A stretch of 61,763 bases of DNA, counting the filler, from Choristocarpus tenellus KU-1152 (lineage: Eukaryota > Protista > Phaeophyceae), in the NCBI GenBank assembly GCA_964200185.2. It is 6 parts of 6 records of this genome, joined end to end, with 100 filler letters (N's around TTAATTAATTAA, not from the genome) between each part and the next. Parts side by side here need not be neighbours in the genome. Positions count along the whole stretch, not along the records: positions 52,098 to 58,812 come from CAXNAD020007501.1; positions 58,913 to 61,763 come from CAXNAD020024196.1; 4 more parts are not named here. The stretch is one strand, 5' to 3'. Numbering within the stretch: the stretch's first letter is position 1; every line of letters begins with the position of its first letter. A model generated the notes under the pieces. It saw only the letters and a list, made by a program, of their open reading frames with translations. It was not told the DNA's origin and did not search any database. Positions 52,935 through 61,763 of this stretch are shown piece by piece. A program made the position numbers and the translations under genes.

Positions 52935-53193
52935 GAGTGAAAGTATCTTAGAGAGTACCGGTCTTTCCCTCTTTGTCCGTTTGGGGCTTGGGTTCCCACG
53001 GGGTCTTAATGACATTTTCCTACTCCAAAATGTTTCAAAGTAGGGAAAAAATATATTTATGAAAAGGTTTGTCCGGAACAAGGATATTGATACTTCCTAG
53101 CAAACACGACAGCCAAAATTACATCAAAAAATCGCAACATTGGATTTGGGCCCCGAAACGGACATGGCACTACCCTCTAAGATACTTTAACTC
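52935..53193. mobile_element. MITE family A, full length
   Basis: Both TIRs present; flanks CCTT and CCTC (4-bp TSD with one mismatch). Confidence 0.9.
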
Positions 53194-53729
53194 CCTCGTC
53201 AAATTAGGTCTACAAAGTTTTTCTTTTTTTTTCTTAGGGAGGCATATTTTGTCCGTGTAGAACCCACCAAAAGAACTTTGTGCAGGTAACTGGCGTGTAT
53301 TCTGCATCCTTTTTGGAGCATAATACCTGAGTTACTGGCTAAGGTCTCCCCAACTACTCACTGCTGTCCACTCCAATCAGAGACATCAATTCAAAGTAAA
53401 TTTCATGCTGCTTGTAGCTGCTTCACAACGTACGGCATACTAGTACCAGTTTGGGTGAGAGATGTAGAATAACTTTGCCATCATTGGACATACATATATG
53501 TGTCTATGCCTAGAGGACAGGGACATTGGGTGCCTGCCAAAGAAAAATTAAGGCCGAGAGTGTTTCATAATTCAACTAGGACCAGTCAGTTCTTTGTATT
53601 GTAAGAGTATAGTTACAGCCATACCTCCAGCCTGGCAAGGCCAATGCCCCTATTGTGTTTGATTATGTTTTTTCCCCTGTATTGAAGGATCTCCCTTGGA
53701 CCAAAGATTTTCTCTTGCCACTTTACACA

Positions 53730-55322
53730 AAGCATAACTTCCTGGCCTGGTGTGAAACTGGAATTTTTTCCATTAGTCTCGTCATTCCCTTCCAATGGAA
53801 AGCGTGTTGTAGCTTGTCCTCCCTCGTCGCTAGGATGTTGATGTCGGCGATTGGCATTGTTAGCTGACCGACCAAACACCTGCGTAAAGTGTTGAGAAGT
53901 GGCGTAGCAGAAGAAAGAATCCAAGGCCATCGAGTACGAGGCAGATAGATTTATTACAATTCATGTTAGTTGGGAGATAGAAGAGCGAGATAAAACTTGT
54001 TTTCCAAAAGGGCACACACTCAAGGAGCGAAGGAAAGCCTCCAAGTCCAGTTCGCCTTGCGACCAAGACATATGACAAGCACTATCGTGCAGTTGACACA
54101 AGAGAGCACCTAAGAATTTAAATTCTGTCAACCCCTAATTGTGACGCTGATAACGTGTTGACCATCATATATTATCCCGGACCGCTTTTGTGGTATGGTG
54201 TAGCCACTGTAATCGGAAGAACGACAAGCTCTTGTTGTGGGAGTGATAACCTGTACCAAACATCGTACATCAGCGACGTTGGCTTGGTGATACAGTAACA
54301 AGAAGAATTGTTTTTATTCAATCATCTCGCCTTGCGGAGTCGCACACGAATATTGAAAGACTCCAAAGGATCCGTAAACCGGTAGTATTGGGGTTGCTCC
54401 ATTAATACTCAGGATCAGATCTCTTGTGTTGGCCTTGATATCACAACGAACGGGGGATAATCCAACCCTTGCGATGGGGCAGAGAACAGGATTCAAACTA
54501 GAAGATATTATTCCTCTTTCAGACTCTCATGTTTCTATATAACAAAGAAATGCAAAGTCAGTGTAGTATTGTACTAGGATGTATTGTATCTCTCTCTCTC
54601 CCTTACCACCTTTCTCTTCAGTGTGATTTTCGTGTTTTGTTGTTTGGCGTGAAACCGTTGATCGATAACGCCTTCAGGAATTCATTTATTGAGAGTACAT
54701 ACTATATTACATTTATTTGAATATATTTTTTCGACCCTCTATCATTAAAGTTGGTATGTCATCTTGGATATATTTGAAATTGAAATTTTCACATAGATTA
54801 TAGGTGTTGAGAGAGGAAACAGGCAACATACTAGGGTGGTGTCGCAAGAACTACAAGAGCGATTGCAAGCTCCGTATTGTTCTGACCCTTACCATCTCCT
54901 TCACATCCTGGTAGTACTGCTAATTGGAGAAATCCCGTGTCTGATCTTGGGTTGTTCCTTTGATTTGGTCTCCCAACCTTGATTGGTGCCCTTCTCTTTA
55001 CGAAGCTCGAGATCTCTGGGACTCGTAAGGTTGATTGGGATATAGTATTGGGAATCCTAGATTCATTATCAGAGTTTGAGGCAGGTGAAACCATGATCGG
55101 GGCCTTTTCTATGCGCTCCCCGGGTGTCTCCGTGAAGAAGGAGGCCACCAGTGTGGAAAGACATACAGTGAGTGTGCCCTGAGTGTGGAACGCAGTATAT
55201 GACCACTTAATGCGTTCTCTACTTCTAGTATGTCTCTTTTCTGGACATTGAGTGCAGGGAGGAGGAATTATGGAACATCCTTTAGATGAGCTAAAAGGGG
55301 TGACTGCTTTATTGTGCATCAT
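53730..55322 (-). CDS. Hypothetical multi-exon gene divergent from the primase gene
   Basis: ORF 55322-54832 ends TA|GTATGT and splices in frame to CTAG|T-TTGAAT at 54497. Further exon-like blocks lie near 54250-54185, 54083-54020 and 53879-53730. Confidence 0.4.
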
Positions 55323-55476
55323 TTCATTCAGTGACTCTCTGATCTTCTCTGGTAGGTATAGGTGGGTAGGAATTCAGCCAGACTGAATTTCTTCCCACTG
55401 ATAAGGTTGTGCTTGGACGGATACACGTAGGGAATGAACGGAACAGTAAAACATCTGAACCGATCAAGCTGGTCCG

Positions 55477-58340
55477 ATGCGGCACCATCTTGTCCCACTT
55501 CGATCTTGCACTCAACTGGCAATCGTACGTCCCAGCTTCTTCCTTTGCTTTCCTCGGATCTTCACCCCGGCAGGTCATATCCATGTACACAGAACCGCCT
55601 TTTGAAGAGATCACCCTGGACGAATTCGAGTTGGTGGCTCTCGACAGACTCCAGGTCCTTCGCAAAATAGAGGATCTCAAGGTGTGTATGCGTGCCTTAT
55701 TTTTTCTGATGGGATCAAGCACCCAGCAACTATGCAAAGTTCCAATATCCCACACCACTTCCCGATGACCTCCCTTCTTATTTTTTCGTTGATCTCTGCT
55801 AGTCAATGTGAGATTGATTCAAGAATCACAGAAAGAGCCCAACTAGAAAAAAAAAAGCAAGGAGTATTCTCGAAACATGTGTGTGCTTGAATGAACCCCT
55901 TCCCCCTTGTCCTCAACCCTTGACTTTCTGTCTATCTCTATTTCGGATGCGCCCTGCCATACTTGTAGCATTGGTGAGTTTTCTTTTCAATTTAAAGACG
56001 AGATTTGTGCTTTCCTTGTTTTCAGGCTCGCAACATCCGCCGGGATGACTACAACAGAGCACTTCGAGAGTCCCTGCACAAGTATATGAACATGACCACC
56101 CTCAGGGGGGACCAAGCCCGTGCTGACATGCGCAAGGACACCACCTCCCACTTTATTCTTAGGTTGGCGTATTGCCGAAGCGAAGACCTACGGAGATGGT
56201 TCCTCACCCAGGTGACATTATACTTTCTTTTTTTGCTTCCTGTTTTTTTTTTTTACTTTCCATCACCAATGAGTACAGCTTCAGGTTTGGGGGAAAGAAA
56301 AAAAAAATGGTTTTGGAACACTTTTTTTTTTCTCTCTTTGTGTCAGGTGCTTCAGAGCCCCCACCAAAGTAGGAAGGCAGATGTCTGGGTGTAAGCAGGA
56401 GTGTTGATTGAGGAAAGCTCATCACCAATTTTGCCTGTAAATCAAAGAAACAATTGTTACCCTTAGCCACATGGGCAGGCAGCTGAATGCATGATTCCAC
56501 TGTTGTTCTATTGAGGAAACTACTTACCATCCTAGACTCGAAACGATAGCTCATAAGCTATACTGATTCCACCTGTGCTGTTGGAGTTGAGGACAAAATG
56601 GTGTGGTCAACTCCCTGTACAGGGCACCGATGGCACAAGAAGCTACCAGCAATCTCCCTTACCCACCATCTTGACAGTGAGAACTCTCTTCCTACGGTTC
56701 CTTTGCAAGGAGGAACTGATGTGCCCGATAAGGCTCTGTGGTGGGGAGAAGACTCCGCAAAGTGGTTGACATGACAGATCAAGCAAAAGAAAATATTGAG
56801 AATTTTTTAGTGAAAGGTTGCGTCCCATGTGCCCCCCTATGTACCAGGCGTTGAGGTGTGTACCATACCCTTGGCCCCCTCTTTGCCTGATGCCATCCCT
56901 TGGTAACATCCACAGGAAACTGCGCTGTTCAGGCACCGTCTGGAGGAACTAAATCCCATTGAAATGGGTAAATTCATCCAGCAGAATGGACTCTCCTTTG
57001 AGGTAGTGGACGCCAACGTGAAGAACAATCTCAGGTGAGAGGGGTCCACCCCCCTGTCTCCCCCTTGCTGAATGAAATGCCTTTGTTTCTTCCCTGTTTG
57101 TAATCTCTGTGAGTGAAAGCATGAAGACAGACAGCTGCACGCACGCATGCATAGAACCTACATGAGGTGGTAGACGCAGGTTTTTGAAGGTTTTCTATCT
57201 TCAGAGGCGACAGGATGGTTGAGTGTCCTGTATTGTAGTGGCAAATTGACTTCAATCAAAACTCTTTTTGTTACAGTCACCAGTATCGATAAATATTTTG
57301 ACCTTGAATAGGATACTTTAATAATCCCTAAGATCCCGTGATATTCTGGTCAAAGCATGAGAAATAATATTATGCGGCGGGAGAGGGGGGGGGGGGGGGG
57401 GGGGGGGGAAGGGGGGGATTGACATGTTGGTTGTTAAGAGATGCTCAATTTTTTCAAGAGAAAAAAATGCATTGGTGTCAATCGAGCACAGCGATCATTT
57501 TTTTAGTTGATTTCTTGTGTAGGTTTAGGGTTAGGGTTAGCAGTGCATACTAAGCAGTACAGCAGCATAGAAACAGCCCCAGTTATTGTGCAGTCCTAGA
57601 AGAATTATTTCATAATTTTCTGGCTCTATCTGTTATGTACACGTAGGTCAGTAAGATCTTCCGGATACATGAGAGCCTATTGGAAGGAAAAGAGTGCCTC
57701 AAGTCTCTCGTATATTATTTTTCAGCTGCTCGCAAGCAAAATGAAGTGTCCTGGACAATAACTCACTTCGAGTTATGACGGGTGATACATACCACTGGAG
57801 GAACTGGAGTAGCGCTGATTGTGGCAGCAGTAGCTGCAAGGTGATAACAGAGTATTAGTGTGTGTCCAAAGGTCTCTAGAGTGACATACACCTGCACACA
57901 ATGGAAACGTTATGCAGCACCCTCTCTCGCAGCCTTGATGGCTCTGTTCCCAGTGCGCCCTGTGAGTGAGTGCCTGCAGCGGCCACCCTCACGCTGCCAC
58001 TCAGCGCCATTATCAAATCCAAACACTGCAAAGCCCCCCTTTGTCTCACGATCTTCCGCAAGGTACACCTTTATCCTGTCAATTCACTAACGGGAAGCGG
58101 ACAGGTCCATTTGCCACTTCCTGACAGAAAGCACTTGTAATGCAGCACTGTTCTCCTTTCTCAATCCCCTCTTGTCCCAACTACCCCCACCATCGAGTCA
58201 CTCCACCTCAACCGTGCTCTGTGAGGTGACGCAGGTCAAAGCTCCTTTCCGTGCCCGGTGCGCCTGTGCAAGAGTTCGACCGTACTGGCTACTATCGAGT
58301 GCCATTCTGGCAAGCCTCTGACCTCATCGGAAATCGTCAG
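55477..58340 (+). CDS. PRIM2: DNA primase large subunit, 3'-partial
   Basis: Exons 55574-55681 ([27 protein letters not shown]), 56026-56211 ([23 protein letters not shown]), 56916-57034 (ETALFRHR), 58235-58340 (YYRVPF). The start exon is uncertain. Confidence 0.93.
57521..57540 (+). repeat. Short interstitial TTAGGG tract
   Basis: AGGTTTAGGGTTAGGGTTAG in a PRIM2 intron. Confidence 0.7.
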
Positions 58341-58812
58341 GTGCGACGTCTCTGTCGGAGCTAGACGCCGTTTTAGTGTGAAGGGGAGTGTAAGGAAGGA
58401 GGAGGAGGTGTGCGATATAGGCTAGGTAGTCTATAGAGTCTTATGTGTTTAGTGACCAACACTAAAGCACAACAGAAGTATTGACTCAGTAGTGTGAACT
58501 TGAACTTGAAAGTGACTGACGTAGTGTAACTGTCACAAACATATTTCAAACATTTCTGACGTGTTTGATGACGAACGCATTAGATAACAAGGGAGAACAC
58601 CCCCCCCCCGCTTTGAGGGTAGCGCTCACTCCGCTACTAAACACATCCATACCACATAAAGCAAAAGACTCTATTGGAAGAGCTCTCTTTTGCATAGGAG
58701 GGGTTGGGGGAGGGGGGGGGGGGGGGGGGGGGGGAAGAAATTTTTTTCTGCTCGCGGGAGGGTTTGAATTTTTTTTTTTCTACCAAACCACTTTTTTTTT
58801 TTTTTTTTTTTT

Positions 58813-58912
58813 NNNNNNNNNNNNNNNNNNNNNNNNNNNNNNNNNNNNNNNNNNNNTTAATTAATTAANNNNNNNNNNNNNNNNNNNNNNNNNNNNNNNN
58901 NNNNNNNNNNNN
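58813..58912. other. Artificial contig linker
   Basis: N44-TTAATTAATTAA-N44. Confidence 0.98.
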
Positions 58913-58948
58913 GTTGTTGCAATCTTTTTCTTTGTGGGAATCCTGCAG

Positions 58949-60677
58949 GGTATGGGACACACTGTGGGCTCGCAGCACATTAGAGGGAAAGAGCTGACTG
59001 ATGCAGTAATAGATGTTTTTCATAATGGGAAGGTATTTGGGGGTTGTCTTGTGGCCTTTGCTGCAACCCTTGTTGCAGATGTTGCAAACAATGACCCAAC
59101 CTGTGTTGGCTACCTCCACAGGTGAGTAGTGTGTGTATGTGTGCTGATGTGCATACACCTTGGGTTGAGGGTGTGTAGATGTCTAACATTATGTTCGTGT
59201 CTTTTCAAGAAGCACAAAGAGAGGCTCTCCACGTTTTTTTTTCTTTGCATCATCCTCCACCTTCCCTCCCCTTTCATCAGGTGCCCCTTGTAAAAGGCTT
59301 CGTACTTGGAAGTATGTTGCTGCACTGAGTGTATGCTCTGGAACATCGATCTAATGTTCTTGATACTGATCCTGTGTTTTACTTTTTATTGCAATTGCAA
59401 GATACGTACCGTACTGTACTGGTCCCCTATTCCCAAATAGTTCTGTCCCAACCCCCCCCCCCCCCTCCCCCTCTTTTGTTGTGTCCCATGATTTCAATTT
59501 CTTCCTCCCTCTTTCCTTCTCAAATCTACTCCTCCATGCAGTTCTGGTATTGCAAAAGCATACCTAACGGCTTTGATTGATTCAACAGAATACCGTTCGT
59601 CGGAGTTTATTGTGACCATTCCACAGGTACTGGGGTCGCTTTCACTCACCAGCACAGGGGCCGAGGGTGTGAAGCAAAGGAATGTCTTCCCAACGGTAAG
59701 TTGATGTTACGTGGGCAGTTAGATTTTTGTTATATAAATTTTTTGTGTTGTACAAAAATCATAGGTGAGCATACTCTCCTATGATGTACTCAGTACTTTA
59801 CTGTTGGAGTCATGTCAACATTGGACTGCTGCTGATAATATCTGTAACAATTCTTTTATGTAGTCCAGGTGTTATTTATGCCAATGAAGCTGCTGCTGTT
59901 GCTAATGTGAAGTTTGAGGGCAAGTATAGTAGCTTGTGCTTCGAATTGTGTAACTTGGATGCCCTGCAGCACTCCCTGCTCTCTTATCTTGTTCTTGGTA
60001 TTGATCTTGTAGGCATTATAACTCAAGCCTTTTTTTAGGACAGTGTAATGGGATATAGGTTAGGTCTGTGGAAAGGTCAACTGCTGTGATATCACATTGG
60101 ATTCACCTCGGATAGATCAATAACGGTGGTTGGTGCAAGCCCCAAGTACACACACGTTCTTCCTACGCATCCATTTTTCCCACTACCCTCCCCTAACACC
60201 TCTGGTGACAAACCTGTATTAATGTGTAACTGTAGGAGTTATATTTTTCATGGTGGGTGGGCAGTGCTTTGTAGCTGTGGATTTATTGGTATGCAGCACT
60301 TAGTTGCATAGTGCTTTGTCTCAACTGCCCTTACCGTGTTCCGCTGTCGTCTTAATGAGATTTTGCACAAGATCTTCCTCTCCCTTTCCTCCCATTTCTT
60401 CTTCTCTACACCTGATTTTCTTCACTACAGACTTGGATGTATCACGCTCCCCACCCCACCCCTGCGCTGTGTGACTTTGCCTCGGGCCTCCTCCTCTTCC
60501 CTGTCTCATTCCCAGATGTTCAAGTTGTTGCTCTCACCGGAGCATGTACAAGTCCAATCCCGGTCAGTGGAGGGAAGCATGTCTTCCACGGTGGGTGCTG
60601 GACTGGATGAGCTAATGCGTCACGTGCCCACCCTGCGCCCGTCCTGTATCAAGGCCCTTGTTGGGGCAATGGAAGAG
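58949..60677 (+). CDS. HUWE1/UPL1/Tom1-type HECT E3 ubiquitin ligase, DUF913 region (internal fragment)
   Basis: Exons 58949-59121 (FGGCLVAFAATLVADVANNDPTC), ~59589-59695 (IPQVLGSLSLTSTG), 60516-60677 (VGAGLDELMRHVPTLR). Confidence 0.85.
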
Positions 60678-61589
60678 GTATGTGCAGCATACTTTTGTTA
60701 TATCTGTCATGGATTATAAAGGGTTAGTGATAAGGTGTATGGCCTCAGATTGAGGGTCAAGGTTATGTAGCAGGTGAAGAAGGGCAAGAAATATGTTTTA
60801 TGCAGCTGGATTGTGGAAAGGATGCTGTAGTGAGTTGTGTGTTGATTTAGTGGCGGCTTGGACTGTTGTGGCTTGTTATTGTGCTTTTAGGCTCATGTCT
60901 GTTATTTATTGTATAATGCTCTGCTAGACTCTTCTGCTGTGATTGTGCAACTTTTGTCGTATCTCCCCGCCTTCATTCACACCTTGACATCCATCAACGT
61001 AGAATCAACATTTTATCCTCTTGCTTTTGTATATTTTGCTCTGTAAGTGTGGATTAGTTCTTCCTTCTCCTGTCCCCCTTCCCTTTGAGTGATATGACGT
61101 AATCCCCTACACCATCACTGTGAAAGAATCGGGTCACCTCACAGCACTCTACCCTTTGTTAGACTGATGCTATTGACTGATGTTGGGCTGGACTGTACTA
61201 ACATTTCTATACACCGAAGAAGATACACACCTATGCTCCCCATGTGATACCAAGCCCCCCCTCCCCCTTGAATCAGTGACTGACCAGGGTTGGGTACATC
61301 ATTGATGTACTTCATTTCCACTTTTGTGACTGTACCTTCTATTGTTATGCCAGTGCACTTGTGATTTCTTTGTCTGCTTCCATCTCATTGCTTTTTTGTG
61401 TATCTTTTTTTGTGACAACCTTTTTTTTTTCAGTCCTATTAATTTCTATTTTATATATTTCTTGTGTTGTGTTGGTGTTGGAATTGACAAAACGTGCAGC
61501 TGCAGGCAGATGGAAAGGCTGTTCTACAATCTGAGCTGGAGGGCAATTGCTCCCAAGAGGTGAATGCTAGATCGAAATGGTGTGGTAGT

Positions 61590-61649
61590 GTTAGGGTTTG
61601 GGTTAGGACTTGGGTTAGGACTTGGGTTAGGACTTAGGTTAGGACTTGG
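61590..61649 (+). repeat. 12-bp minisatellite built on the telomeric hexamer (GGGTTAGGACTT)n
   Basis: About four units preceded by GTTAGGGTTT. Confidence 0.8.
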
Positions 61650-61763
61650 TGAGGTGAGATGAGCCCATTCTCAGAAGGGGTTTTGAGATATGATGGTGGT
61701 TATGAGGTTAGTGGCCTGTTGGGCAGGGTTATGATGACTTGAGAGTTGTGTTTTTTTTTACGG

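Noticed and set aside
481-53193. Recurrent ORFs (MGAKIQCCNFDVIL..., SILEGRAASIWGPKSN...) suggesting a small-protein family
   Set aside because: They are chance translations of MITE family A, with inconsistent frames and stops between copies.
22318-58912. TTAATTAATTAA palindromes in N runs as a biological motif
   Set aside because: Five identical 100-nt blocks; these are synthetic linkers, so gene order across them is meaningless.
1-61763. CRISPR array, operon or prokaryotic defence system
   Set aside because: No regularly spaced repeat-spacer array is present, and the genes have spliceosomal introns.
61590-61763. True telomere at the window end
   Set aside because: The repeat is a short degenerate 12-mer followed by unique sequence, probably within an intron of the E3 ligase gene.

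Overview
Intron-rich eukaryotic DNA. A stramenopile, probably brown-alga-like, origin is inferred from the gene content, long introns, TTAGGG tracts and retroelement style. The window joins six contigs with artificial 100-nt linkers (N44-TTAATTAATTAA-N44), so adjacency across linkers means nothing. Genes rebuilt by hand from GT-AG exons are: an EF-hand+WD40 protein; LSG1; a tail-anchored PEX26/APEM9-like protein; CHMP1; cobalamin-dependent methionine synthase (5' part); a small LRR protein with an N-terminal Cys cluster; a possible HYLS1-like ORF; a Gly-rich ORF; a coiled-coil protein; an unknown gene; primase large subunit (5' part); and a HUWE1/UPL1-type E3 ligase fragment. Non-coding DNA holds about 20 copies or fragments of four related MITE families with a shared terminal motif and 3-4 bp TSDs (Sola2-like), one nested inside its own family. 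It also holds decayed RTE-like and CRE/R2-like non-LTR retroelements and many short interstitial TTAGGG tracts, two of which replace consensus sequence inside MITE copies. All product calls come from remembered motifs; no database search was run.
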